Translations under genes and position numbers: made by a program
Origin: Oscillospiraceae bacterium
Lineage (GTDB): Bacteria > Bacillota > Clostridia > Oscillospirales > CAG-272
NCBI GenBank assembly: GCA_015063905.1
Contig: SVTF01000004.1
Span: forward strand, 9,082-73,081
Length of the DNA: 64,000 nucleotides
Reading direction: 5' to 3'
Notes under the pieces: model-generated
Databases searched by the model: none
What the model was told of the DNA's origin: nothing
The model's input: the letters and a program-made list of their open reading frames with translations, nothing else
Part shown: piece by piece, positions 9,411 to 19,110 of the stretch
Layout: each line of letters starts with the position of its first letter
Position numbering within the stretch: the stretch's first letter is position 1

Positions 9411-10178
9411 ATGGCTGATAATAATAAGCTTACCCACAAGATAGCGCAAGTTATTCGCGCTTTTTCGGGAAAGACAGACAAAAAGTACTACACGTCTGCC
9501 ATCATTTTGGCGGCGGGCTCTTCTACCCGTATGGGCGGCGAGAGCAAGCAGTTTATCGAGCTCTGCGGCATGCCTGTTGTAGCTCGCACTGCCATTGAAT
9601 TTGACAAGTCCGATTGTATTGACGAGCTTATAATTGTTTGTAAAAAAGAAGAATTGCCGCTTTATGAAGGCTTTGCAGATAAATACGGTATTAAAAAAAC
9701 GTTGAAAACCGTAGAGGGCGGCTCCACGCGCCAGGAATCTGCGAGATTTGGTCTTGATGTTGTAAACGATAAGTCTAAGTTTGTCGCTATACACGATGCG
9801 GCAAGATGCCTTATCACAGGCGAGATGATATACAAGGTGTGCCACGGAGCGTATCTGCACGGAGGCGCGATTTTAGCGGTCAAAGCAGTTGATACTGTCA
9901 AAATAGGAAATAAAAACGCGTTTATTGAGTCTACTCCAGACCGAAGGCTTACTTGGCAGGCGCAGACTCCGCAGGTCTTTAAGACAAACGCCTTTCGCGC
10001 AGCGGCTTACGTAGCAAGAGACGAACAAATTGAAGGCACGGACGATGCCAGCCTTCTTGAGCACATCAGAATACCTGTAAAGCTCGTTGAGGGCAATCGC
10101 GAAAATATTAAGGTTACAGAGCCTATTGATATTAAGATTGCAGAAGCAATACTTGATATTAGAAGTGCACATGAATAA
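9411..10178 (+). CDS. ispD: 2-C-methyl-D-erythritol 4-phosphate cytidylyltransferase
   Basis: AIILAAGSSTRMG..KQF N-terminal motif; length about 230-255 aa. Confidence 0.85.
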   Translation: MADNNKLTHKIAQVIRAFSGKTDKKYYTSAIILAAGSSTRMGGESKQFIELCGMPVVARTAIEFDKSDCIDELIIVCKKEELPLYEGFADKYGIKKTLKTVEGGSTRQESARFGLDVVNDKSKFVAIHDAARCLITGEMIYKVCHGAYLHGGAILAVKAVDTVKIGNKNAFIESTPDRRLTWQAQTPQVFKTNAFRAAAYVARDEQIEGTDDASLLEHIRIPVKLVEGNRENIKVTEPIDIKIAEAILDIRSAHE

Positions 10179-10193
10179 TTTGTGAGGGTTAAT

Positions 10194-10667
10194 ATGAGAA
10201 TTGGTCACGGATATGACGTTCACAAGCTGACAGAGGGCAGAAAATGCATAATTGGCGGAGTTGATATTCCCCACCGTCTCGGTCTTCTGGGACACTCGGA
10301 CGCCGACGTCTTGCTACACGCAATAATGGACGCAGTTTTGGGCGCAATGGCACTTGGAGACATCGGTCATCTGTTTCCCGACACTGACAATACCTTTTTG
10401 GATATTGACAGCATGATCCTTTGCCAAAAGGTTGCACACATCATGCGGGATAAAGGATACAAGATTGGCAACATTGACGCAACAATAATCGCTCAAAAGC
10501 CAAAAATGGCTCCCTACATAGATCTGATGAGATCAAATGTTGCAACTGTTTTTTCTACTGACGTTGAAAACGTAAATATTAAAGCGACAACGGAAGAAAA
10601 GCTTGGATTTACAGGTGCCGAGCTCGGAATATCCGCGCACGCTGTTTGTCTGCTTGAAAACGCATAA
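10194..10667 (+). CDS. ispF: 2-C-methyl-D-erythritol 2,4-cyclodiphosphate synthase
   Basis: [12 protein letters not shown]...[11 protein letters not shown] signature. ATG at 10194 is preferred over GTG at 10182. Confidence 0.85.
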   Translation: MRIGHGYDVHKLTEGRKCIIGGVDIPHRLGLLGHSDADVLLHAIMDAVLGAMALGDIGHLFPDTDNTFLDIDSMILCQKVAHIMRDKGYKIGNIDATIIAQKPKMAPYIDLMRSNVATVFSTDVENVNIKATTEEKLGFTGAELGISAHAVCLLENA

Positions 10668-10889
10668 ACAAAATAGCTGCCGCAATATTTTGAGGCAGCT
10701 ATAATTGGGGATCATATCCCCAATGCTATATCGCTCGGATACGCCCGAATGTCTTTCACTTCCTATGTTTTAAACAATAAAAAAGGCTTTTCCGAAGCGT
10801 TGCCTTATATTTACATATTATGACAAAGCAATGCATTATTCTACTGATTGCGACTAACAAATTTTAATTCAGAAAGGTACGGTATTGAT

Positions 10890-11552
10890 ATGATCTACGT
10901 AGCTCCCTCTCTCTTGGCGGCGGATTTTTCTACTCTTGATACCGAAATTAAAAAGGTTGAGGCTGCGGGCGCTAAATATTTGCACCTTGACGTAATGGAC
11001 GGTGCTTTTGTTCCCAATATAACCTTTGGCCCCGAGCTCATTTCATCTATCAGAAAATGCACTAATATGATATTTGATGTGCATCTTATGATCAAGCGCC
11101 CGGAAAGATATATTGACCGCTTTGTCAAAGCGGGGGCTGACATAATCACGGTTCATTATGAGGCTTGCGAAAACCCCATGTCAGTGATCCATCTTATACA
11201 CTCCTATGAGATGAAGGCGGGCGTTGCGATCTCTCCAAACACCCCAGTTGAACATCTTTTCCCATTGCTTGAGCACATAGACATGGCTCTAATTATGACA
11301 GTTGAGCCCGGTTTTGGCGGACAATCCCTGATCCCGTCTACCGTGGACAAGGTATCAACACTTAGCAAATACGCTCATGAAAGAGGAATTGACATCGATA
11401 TTGAGGTTGATGGCGGTATAAATGAAAACAATGTTGGCCTTCTCGTTTCCGCCGGAGCAAACGTTATTGTTGCTGGGTCAGCTATTTTCAAAGCGAAAAA
11501 GCCAAGAGTTGTTATATCTGCAATGAAAAATGGCGGTATAATCACGTCATAA
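10890..11552 (+). CDS. rpe: Ribulose-phosphate 3-epimerase
   Basis: APSLLAADF....LHLDVMDGAFVPNITFG signature. The start was trimmed to MIYVAPS (10890). Confidence 0.85.
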   Translation: MIYVAPSLLAADFSTLDTEIKKVEAAGAKYLHLDVMDGAFVPNITFGPELISSIRKCTNMIFDVHLMIKRPERYIDRFVKAGADIITVHYEACENPMSVIHLIHSYEMKAGVAISPNTPVEHLFPLLEHIDMALIMTVEPGFGGQSLIPSTVDKVSTLSKYAHERGIDIDIEVDGGINENNVGLLVSAGANVIVAGSAIFKAKKPRVVISAMKNGGIITS

Positions 11553-11555
11553 ATC

Positions 11556-11581
11556 AAACCGCCGATCACTCGGCGGTTTTT
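11556..11581 (+). terminator. Rho-independent terminator after rpe
   Basis: AAACCGCCG / CGGCGGTTT stem followed by a T-run. Confidence 0.75.
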
Positions 11582-11697
11582 CAATCTACAAATTGTGGAA
11601 AGCTTTTTTGTATGTCCACAAAACAGGCACTTTACACTTTTGTTCTCTTGGTGTATAATTAATTTGTTACTCTTGGATAATTAAAGGAGATCTCAAT

Positions 11698-13350
11698 TTG
11701 AAAGCAACGATAGAGTTTCAAAACGGTACTTTAAGGCTTATGGTTGACGGTAAAGCCGTACCGCCTGATGCATATATAACTTATTTCACAAGAAATGCGA
11801 GATATGATGATTTTGCTAAGCTTGGATACAAGCTGTATTCCCTGCCGGTTATGTTCTCATCAAAAACTTTTAACGAAATATCGCAAGCACCCTGCTTTGG
11901 AAAGCCGATATTTGATTCTGATACACCGGATTGGGATACGCTTGACGCAGATTTCCACAAAATTTTGGACGCATGCCCCGATGCACTTATTTTTCCTCGA
12001 ATGAACGTGTCCTTAAATGAAGCGTGGGAGCTCGCTAACCCGGACGAGCTTTGCGATACGGGTGCCACTCCTATTCACCGCCCCTGCTTTTCCTCGGACA
12101 AGTGGGCACAGGAATCTATGCGTCTTTACGGACTTGCAATAGACCACATAGCCGCATCGGATTACGCGGATCACGTCATCGGTTATCAATTCGCCGCGGG
12201 CAACACGGAAGAATGGTTTTCTCACGATCAAAAGGGGTCTGTTGGAAAGCGTTCTCGAGAAAAGTTTGCCGAGTGGAGCCTTGAAAAAGGACTTAAAGAC
12301 ACCGAGGAAAACTACCATGCGTTTCTTTCCGATATCGTTGCTACCCGAATATGCGATCTCGCCGCATTTACTAAACAACGCGCCGGACGCGATCTTCTTG
12401 TTGGCACCTTTTACGGCTACACGTTTGAATGCGCTGACAGGACGTCCTGTCACCACTCACTTGATCGAGTTTTAGAATGTCAGGATATTGATTTTCTTTG
12501 CTCGCCCGTATCTTACGCCAATGATCGCAGATTGGGCAGAGATCACTCTTGCATGCTTCCATGCGACAGCTTAAAGCTACACGGAAAGCTTTATTTCTCC
12601 GAGAATGATACCCGTACACATTTGACCTATCCCCCTTTCCCCGATCTGCCATATTTCCAACAGCCTGTTTTCGCACCAAAGAAATTCGAGGACACGGTTG
12701 AAATGCTTAAGCTTCACTACGCGCGTTCTATGGTACATGGATACGCACATTGGTGGTTTGATATGTGGGGTGGATGGTACGTTGACGATACGTATATGTC
12801 TGAGATGAAAGACTTTTTGAAAATATCCAAGCAAGCGATAAGCAAGCCACTTGGCAGCGTTTCCGAGATCGCTGTATTCGTGGATGAAAAAGCTTACAAA
12901 TTTAACAACACACCCGAACCCGTTGAAATGATATATCAGATACGGGACACTCTCGGCAAAATGGGCACTCCCTACGACTGCTATCTGGCAAGCGACTATG
13001 GTGCAGTAAAAAACAACTACAAGGCTATTATAGTTCTTGATACATACAGAACAGAGCTTGTTGAGAGCATTGTTAATGACAATGAAAGGTGTTTTGTCAT
13101 TGATGTTAACAATAAAAACGTAACCACAGAGGAGCTGCGTGAGTTTTGCCGCGCTTGCGGAGTTCACATATACAGCGACAAGGATGCGGTTATTTATGCT
13201 AACGAGAGCTATTTATTTGTTCATACTTGTACGGAGGGTAGCCTTGATATCAAAATGCCCGCAGGCAAAAAGCTTCACGCCATAATGGGAGCGGACTCCC
13301 ACGGCGGCGAATTTCCCGAAAAATACGGAATACTGTTTGAGATAATATGA
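11698..13350 (+). CDS. Hypothetical cytoplasmic protein, possibly a TIM-barrel glycoside-hydrolase-like enzyme
   Basis: 550-aa ORF with TTG start 7 nt after AAAGGAG. It has its own promoter (TTTACA-17-TATAAT) and terminator. There is no signal peptide, and the HGYAHWWFDMWGGWY region is glycosidase-like. The family could not be assigned by eye. Confidence 0.6.
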   Translation: MKATIEFQNGTLRLMVDGKAVPPDAYITYFTRNARYDDFAKLGYKLYSLPVMFSSKTFNEISQAPCFGKPIFDSDTPDWDTLDADFHKILDACPDALIFPRMNVSLNEAWELANPDELCDTGATPIHRPCFSSDKWAQESMRLYGLAIDHIAASDYADHVIGYQFAAGNTEEWFSHDQKGSVGKRSREKFAEWSLEKGLKDTEENYHAFLSDIVATRICDLAAFTKQRAGRDLLVGTFYGYTFECADRTSCHHSLDRVLECQDIDFLCSPVSYANDRRLGRDHSCMLPCDSLKLHGKLYFSENDTRTHLTYPPFPDLPYFQQPVFAPKKFEDTVEMLKLHYARSMVHGYAHWWFDMWGGWYVDDTYMSEMKDFLKISKQAISKPLGSVSEIAVFVDEKAYKFNNTPEPVEMIYQIRDTLGKMGTPYDCYLASDYGAVKNNYKAIIVLDTYRTELVESIVNDNERCFVIDVNNKNVTTEELREFCRACGVHIYSDKDAVIYANESYLFVHTCTEGSLDIKMPAGKKLHAIMGADSHGGEFPEKYGILFEII

Positions 13351-13353
13351 TAA

Positions 13354-13384
13354 AAAAGATGTCAGGCAAGCCTGACATCTTTTG
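13354..13384. terminator. Bidirectional terminator between the 550-aa gene and alaS
   Basis: AAAAGATGTCAGG caag CCTGACATCTTTT: perfect stem flanked by an A-run and a T-run. Confidence 0.8.
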
Positions 13385-13389
13385 TCTTA

Positions 13390-16020
13390 TTATTTAAGCA
13401 TACCTTCAAGGGTAGCCTTTGCGCTTTCAAGCGCCTGCGCTATCTTTGAAGCGTCGCGTCCGCCTGCCATAGCGCTGTCGGGACGTCCGCCGCCCTTGCC
13501 GCCTGTTACAGACGCAACAGCTCCAACAAGCTTACCCGCATGTGCGCCCAAAGCAACCGCATCCTTACCGGCAACGGCAATAAAGTTGAGCTTATCACCG
13601 GATCTTACCGCAACAACTGCCACAGTATCGGCATGCTCAGCTTTGATCTTATCCGTGAGGCTTCTTGCAGCATCAAGCTCCATACCGTCCGCAAGGTAGG
13701 TAACAAGCTTTATCTGTCCTATAGAAATCGCGTTTGCGAGAACTTCATCAAGCTTAGAGCCGGCAAGCTTGGAGTTGAGAGATTCTATCTCTTTCTTCAT
13801 CGCCGAGATCTCGTTTTGAAGCTGCGTAGCTCGCTTTGCAATGTCAGCGGGATTCTGCACCTTCAGCTCGCTTGCAGTCTGACAAATGAGCGCGTCCTTA
13901 TCGCCAATAAGCTTGAGAACACCGAGTCCCGTTACGGCCTCTATTCGTCTTACACCCGCCGCAACACTGGATTCTGAAACTATCTTAAACAGACCGATCT
14001 TTCCTGTGTTGTCACAATGCGTACCGCCGCAAAGCTCGGTTGAGAAATTACCCATCTTAACCATACGAACAACTGAACCGTACTTTTCGCCAAAGAGTGC
14101 CATTGCGCCATTCTTTCTTGCGGTCTCTATATCGGTTTCAAGAGTTACAATATCGTTTGCCGCGAGAATATTCATATTGACAAGCGCTTCAACTCTCTGT
14201 ATTTCATCGAGCGTAAGAGCCGCGAAATGTGTAAAGTCAAAACGGCATACTTCTTCGTTTACGTAAGATCCTGCCTGCTCAACGTGTGTGCCGAGCACCG
14301 CGCGCAACGATGCCTGCAAGAGATGTGCCGCCGAGTGATTTCTACATGTCGCAAGACGCTTTGAATCGTTTATATCAGCCGTTACGGTGTCACCAACAGA
14401 TATGCTTCCGCTTGCAACGGTGCAAAGGTGAATGTAAACTCCGTCTGTTTTCTTTGTATCATAAACTGTGCCAAGGAACGAATCGGAATAGATAGTACCC
14501 GTATCTCCAACTTGTCCGCCGCCCTCTCCGTAGAACGGTGTACGGTCAAGGACGATAGTGCAGTCGCCCTCAGAAACGGCACTGACGCTTCCCTCCTCGG
14601 TCAAAATAGCGATAACCTTCGCCTCCGATCTGAATGCGCCGTAGCCCGTAAATTCGGTCTTAGCAAGATCGGAAAGGAGCGACTTTGAAGACTCATCCCA
14701 TCCGCCTATATTAGCTCTTGCTTCTCTTGCGCGAACCTTTTGAGCCTGCATAAGCTCCTTGAACTTATCCTCATCAATAGTAAGATGGTTTTCCTCCGCT
14801 ATCTCGCGGGTAAGATCAATCGGAAAGCCAAAGGTATCGTAGAGCTTGAATACCTCCTCACCGGAAATTACGTCCGCGTGATCGGAGATAGCGCCTCTTA
14901 TAAGGTCTGAAAGAATGGAAAGACCCGCGTCTATAGTTGCATCAAATCTATCCTCTTCCATAGAAATGACTTTAAGAATGTAATCTCTCTTTTCGTCAAG
15001 CTCCGGATATGCTCCGCAGCTCTCCTCAATAGAAGTAGTTACGGTTTCAACAAGGAACGGATGATTGATGCCCAAAAGCTTACCGTGGCGGCAGGCGCGG
15101 CGGATTATTCGGCGAAGGACATATCCTCTTCCCTCGTTTGAAGGAATAACTCCGTCGGAAATCATAAACATCGCGCTTCTGGAGTGGTCGGTAACGACAC
15201 GTATAGAAATATCGTTCTCTGCATCGTCTCCGTACTTTTTGCCCGAGATCTCGCTTACCTTATCTATTACCTTACGGATGGTATCCACCTCGAACATATT
15301 ATCAACGCCCTGCATTACGCAAGCGAGACGCTCAAGACCCATGCCTGTATCAATATTCTTTGTCGCAAGCTCGGTGTAGTTACCCTGACCGTCATTATTA
15401 AACTGTGAGAATACGTTGTTCCAGATCTCCATAAATCTATCGCAATCGCATCCCGGCTTACAGTCGGGCGATCCGCAACCGTATTTGATTCCGCGATCAA
15501 AGTATATCTCCGAGCAAGGACCGCAAGGACCGCTTCCGTGTTCCCAGAAGTTATCCGCCTTACCGAGTCTTACCACGTGCGCGGGATCAACGCCTATCTT
15601 GTTGACCCAAATATCGTAAGCCTCCTCGTCGTGCTCATAAATGGAAGGCCAAAGCAGGTCACCGGGTATCTCGAGCCATTCTGTCAAGAACTCCCAAGAC
15701 CACGCGATAGCCTCCTCCTTAAAGTAGTCACCAAAGGAGAAGTTTCCAAGCATCTCAAAGAATGTTCCGTGACGCGCCGTATGACCGACACGCTCAAGGT
15801 CGGGCGTTCTTATACACTTTTGACAGGTTGTTACGCGATTACGGGGCGGGATCTCCTCACCCGTGAAGAATTTCTTCATGGGCGCCATACCCGAGTTTAT
15901 AAGTAAGAGTGATTTGTCGTTATGAGGAACGAGAGAATACGAAGGCAGACGCAAATGTCCCTTCGACTCAAAAAATGCTAAATACTTCTCTCTCAGATCA
16001 TTAAGTGATGTCCATTTCAT
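13390..16020 (-). CDS. alaS: Alanine--tRNA ligase
   Basis: 876 aa with canonical AlaRS N-terminus (LREKYLAFFESKGH..., FTNAGM-like NSGMAPMKKFF), editing-domain HxxxH/CxxxH, and a C-terminal DHHA1-like domain. Confidence 0.95.
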   Translation of the reverse strand: MKWTSLNDLREKYLAFFESKGHLRLPSYSLVPHNDKSLLLINSGMAPMKKFFTGEEIPPRNRVTTCQKCIRTPDLERVGHTARHGTFFEMLGNFSFGDYFKEEAIAWSWEFLTEWLEIPGDLLWPSIYEHDEEAYDIWVNKIGVDPAHVVRLGKADNFWEHGSGPCGPCSEIYFDRGIKYGCGSPDCKPGCDCDRFMEIWNNVFSQFNNDGQGNYTELATKNIDTGMGLERLACVMQGVDNMFEVDTIRKVIDKVSEISGKKYGDDAENDISIRVVTDHSRSAMFMISDGVIPSNEGRGYVLRRIIRRACRHGKLLGINHPFLVETVTTSIEESCGAYPELDEKRDYILKVISMEEDRFDATIDAGLSILSDLIRGAISDHADVISGEEVFKLYDTFGFPIDLTREIAEENHLTIDEDKFKELMQAQKVRAREARANIGGWDESSKSLLSDLAKTEFTGYGAFRSEAKVIAILTEEGSVSAVSEGDCTIVLDRTPFYGEGGGQVGDTGTIYSDSFLGTVYDTKKTDGVYIHLCTVASGSISVGDTVTADINDSKRLATCRNHSAAHLLQASLRAVLGTHVEQAGSYVNEEVCRFDFTHFAALTLDEIQRVEALVNMNILAANDIVTLETDIETARKNGAMALFGEKYGSVVRMVKMGNFSTELCGGTHCDNTGKIGLFKIVSESSVAAGVRRIEAVTGLGVLKLIGDKDALICQTASELKVQNPADIAKRATQLQNEISAMKKEIESLNSKLAGSKLDEVLANAISIGQIKLVTYLADGMELDAARSLTDKIKAEHADTVAVVAVRSGDKLNFIAVAGKDAVALGAHAGKLVGAVASVTGGKGGGRPDSAMAGGRDASKIAQALESAKATLEGMLK

Positions 16021-16164
16021 AAGAATTTTTACATCCTTTCGTCATGTTTGCATTAACTGTATAATTATATCACTTAATTGTCAATAAGTCAAGTGTTTTA
16101 AGCCCAATTTACAAAATTAAGACAATTTTAAAGCCGCCGATGATCATTCGGCGGCTTCTTGATT

Positions 16165-17391
16165 TCATTTGTTATCGGATTTATTTATTTCAGCTTTTAT
16201 CGCATCTATTCTGCAATGTATTGGAGGATGGCTATACTCCAATACCACATTGATTTTTGAAGGTGAGAGATTAACAAAATTGTCAACCGCCATCTTCTTA
16301 AACGCCGTTATCATCGGTTCTCCGTATCCTTCAATGACAGCTTGTCGATCCGCTGCATACTCTGCTGCGCGACTGTGAGCATTCATAATAAGAGAAATAA
16401 GAGGCTGAATGATTCCAAGGCCAATACCTGTAACTATGTATGCAAAACCGTAGTTTACTCCGTCAAATCCAAAGTCAAGATAAATCTGCGGCATACTGAC
16501 CGATCCCCAAACAACAAGGGACATGCAAGCAACGTTAACAACGTTCAAAAGCTGGCTTTTAATAACGTCCTTGTGAAGTCCGTGACCCATTTCGTGCGCA
16601 AAAATTGCGCATATTTCATCAACGGACATTTTTTCTACCAAAGTGTCGTAAAGAACTATCGTCTTCGTCTTGCCAAATCCGGCAATATACGCATTCATTT
16701 TTGTGGTGCGGCGTGAAGCGTCCATTACCTCGATAGATTTTACCTGATAGCCGTGCGAACCGAGCATATCAAGGAGTCTGCTCTTCAATTCACCTTCCTC
16801 AAGGGGCGTGAATTTATTGCCGATACGGCTGATATAAGGATAAAGGAACGAGATCGCAAGCGTAAATGCGAAAATGGTTGCCGCGAAAACAAAAACAGGC
16901 CAATCTCCAAACTCAAAAAGCGTCATAAGGCTGGCAAGCGCAAAAGTCAATGCAGCGGATAAAAGCAAAGAGCGAATCGAATCAAAGATAAAGGTTTTGA
17001 GCGACGAACGGTTGAATCCGTATTTTTGCTCTATCACCATGGTTTTAATATATCCAACAACTGTATCAACTACAAATCCAATAGCTATTTGAAGTATAGC
17101 CACTGCCGCAAGTCTTGCAAACATGTCATCGCCAAACAGCTTTGCAAACGCAGAAAATGCGTTAGTATATAGCAAAGCGATCATAATCGCAAAGCTGATT
17201 ATTGTAGATACCAATTCAAGAATACAATTCTCCGCGCTGTACGCTATCCATTTAGCGTACGTTTCGCTATCGTAAATATCTTTAACGCTTTCCGGCGTGG
17301 GATTCTTTGCTGAACGGTGCTTTATCAGATTCATCACGATTGAATATAATGTGCTGACACAAAGCAATATCAAAACTAAATTCTTATACAT
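16165..17391 (-). CDS. M48 family (Ste24-like) integral-membrane zinc metalloprotease
   Basis: Multi-TM N-terminal half and an HEMGH zinc motif (FAHEMGHGLHKD). Confidence 0.8.
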   Translation of the reverse strand: MYKNLVLILLCVSTLYSIVMNLIKHRSAKNPTPESVKDIYDSETYAKWIAYSAENCILELVSTIISFAIMIALLYTNAFSAFAKLFGDDMFARLAAVAILQIAIGFVVDTVVGYIKTMVIEQKYGFNRSSLKTFIFDSIRSLLLSAALTFALASLMTLFEFGDWPVFVFAATIFAFTLAISFLYPYISRIGNKFTPLEEGELKSRLLDMLGSHGYQVKSIEVMDASRRTTKMNAYIAGFGKTKTIVLYDTLVEKMSVDEICAIFAHEMGHGLHKDVIKSQLLNVVNVACMSLVVWGSVSMPQIYLDFGFDGVNYGFAYIVTGIGLGIIQPLISLIMNAHSRAAEYAADRQAVIEGYGEPMITAFKKMAVDNFVNLSPSKINVVLEYSHPPIHCRIDAIKAEINKSDNK

Positions 17392-17403
17392 AGTCCCTCC
17401 ACG

Positions 17404-18258
17404 TTACGCTTGAAGTCCGTTATAAAGTGCTGCGCCGATGGCTGTTCCAAAGCTTGCGTTTTCGGGAATAATGAAATTAATTCCGAAGGACGTAAGATTT
17501 GAGAAGACGTTTCTCACGGGCTCGATATTCGTTAGATTTCCAACGATTACCACATCCTTTATATTATGTCCTCTCGCGGCAAAAACAGCAATCATAGCAA
17601 CCGTTTCCGCAACAAGATTGGCAACACCCAGGGCTATATCAGCGTTTGTTGCGAGATCAGACACCTTTCCAAAATTAGCCGCTGTCAGTTCCTCGTTTAC
17701 TCCCGTATACTTGGCATTCTTTGATATATCCTTGACTCGCAGATCTATATTGCTTAGGTCTCCCTCTCGGCAAAGCTCCTCTATATGCTCCACAGTTTCA
17801 ACTCCGGTCATTTTACGGGTTAGTCCAAGCAGAGTTCCTCCACCCACTCCCGTTCCACCGAGATAATTGATCTTTGTTGCCATTCCCTCTTTTTTTGCGT
17901 GGACAAGCGCTGTACCCGTACCCATGCTTACGATTATTGCTTCATCAAGTCCGGAAAGATACAGACCGCCAAGACCGACAGCTGAAAATTCCGGCACTGT
18001 ATTACAAGACAAAGAATAAATTGGCTGCTGCATGTGTGTTGCGCCAACACCCGTTACCATAACCTTGTCGATCTCTGAAAGCGACAGACCGTTCTGTGAC
18101 GTGAATCTGCCGAATGCACCGTATATCGAGGTTATAGGATCGGTAGCGCGCACCAAAAATGGAGAGATCATTTCATTTTGTCCGTTTTCTCCAATTTTAA
18201 AACCAACAATTTTGGTAGTGCTTCCACCAACGTCAATTCCTATTACGTTTTTTGTCAT
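17404..18258 (-). CDS. coaW: Type II pantothenate kinase
   Basis: Collinear with S. aureus CoaW: GIDVGGSTTKIV, MGTGTA, GGTGVGGGTLLGL, NIDLRVKDI, and LTAANFG (exact match). Confidence 0.8.
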   Translation of the reverse strand: MTKNVIGIDVGGSTTKIVGFKIGENGQNEMISPFLVRATDPITSIYGAFGRFTSQNGLSLSEIDKVMVTGVGATHMQQPIYSLSCNTVPEFSAVGLGGLYLSGLDEAIIVSMGTGTALVHAKKEGMATKINYLGGTGVGGGTLLGLTRKMTGVETVEHIEELCREGDLSNIDLRVKDISKNAKYTGVNEELTAANFGKVSDLATNADIALGVANLVAETVAMIAVFAARGHNIKDVVIVGNLTNIEPVRNVFSNLTSFGINFIIPENASFGTAIGAALYNGLQA

Positions 18259-18280
18259 GATCTGTTCCCTCCAATCAGTC

Positions 18281-19033
18281 TTATCCCAAAAGCACGTCTG
18301 TTACCAGCATTACGCAAAAGCCAACAAGCAAAGCGTAGGTTGCTCCACGCTCACTGCCGTGAGCATGCGTTTCGGGTATCATTTCATCACTAATTACATA
18401 AAGCATCGTACCACCCGCAAAGGCAAGCGCGAAAGGCAAAATTGCCGACGCTACACTAACCGCAAAGTATCCAAGAAAGGTTCCAATTACCTCCACAAGT
18501 CCCGTTGCCATAGCTATCAAAAAAGTTCTCGAAGGTTTTACGCCGGCGGATAGCATCGGTCCAATTATTACCATTCCCTCCGGAATATTCTGCAGGGCAA
18601 TTCCTCCCGCAATTATCAAGGCTTGGTTGACATCACCAGAGCCAAATCCAACACCCGCCGCGATTCCCTCCGGCAGATTGTGTATCGCGATAGCCATAAC
18701 AAATAGCAACACCTTGCTAAGACTTGCGTTGCTATGCGTTTCGCTGTCCCCTCCCGCTATTTTATGGAGGTGAGGAACGAATCGGTCAATAAGATTCAAG
18801 CACAATGCTCCCGCAAATATGCCCGCAACCGTTATCAGTATTCCAAAGCTTCCCCCATATTCCAACGAAGGAATGATAAGCCCAAGCACTGCGGCGGCAA
18901 GCATCACGCCCGCGGCAAAGGAGAGTATGATGTCTGAGAATTTGTGCGACATTTTCTTAAAGGTAAATCCTATCAGCGCGCCAAACACAGTGGCTCCACC
19001 CACGCCAAGCGCGGTCAATGCGATCATTCTCAT
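18281..19033 (-). CDS. ZIP family divalent-metal (zinc) transporter
   Basis: About 8 TM segments with HNLPEG and QNIPEG motifs typical of ZupT-like ZIP proteins. TTGACA-17-TAGAAT promoter upstream on the minus strand (about 19062-19090). Confidence 0.8.
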   Translation of the reverse strand: MRMIALTALGVGGATVFGALIGFTFKKMSHKFSDIILSFAAGVMLAAAVLGLIIPSLEYGGSFGILITVAGIFAGALCLNLIDRFVPHLHKIAGGDSETHSNASLSKVLLFVMAIAIHNLPEGIAAGVGFGSGDVNQALIIAGGIALQNIPEGMVIIGPMLSAGVKPSRTFLIAMATGLVEVIGTFLGYFAVSVASAILPFALAFAGGTMLYVISDEMIPETHAHGSERGATYALLVGFCVMLVTDVLLG

Positions 19034-19110
19034 AACATTCTCCTTTTACTTACTATGTTTTACCTTATAATTCTATCACAAAAGTATTATGTTGTCAATA
19101 AAAACGAAGT

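Noticed and set aside
13382-13699. A 105-aa Pro/Ala/Ser-rich ORF opposite the 3' end of alaS.
   Set aside because: It is a low-complexity antisense artefact of the Ala/Gly-rich AlaRS C-terminus, and it overlaps the terminator.
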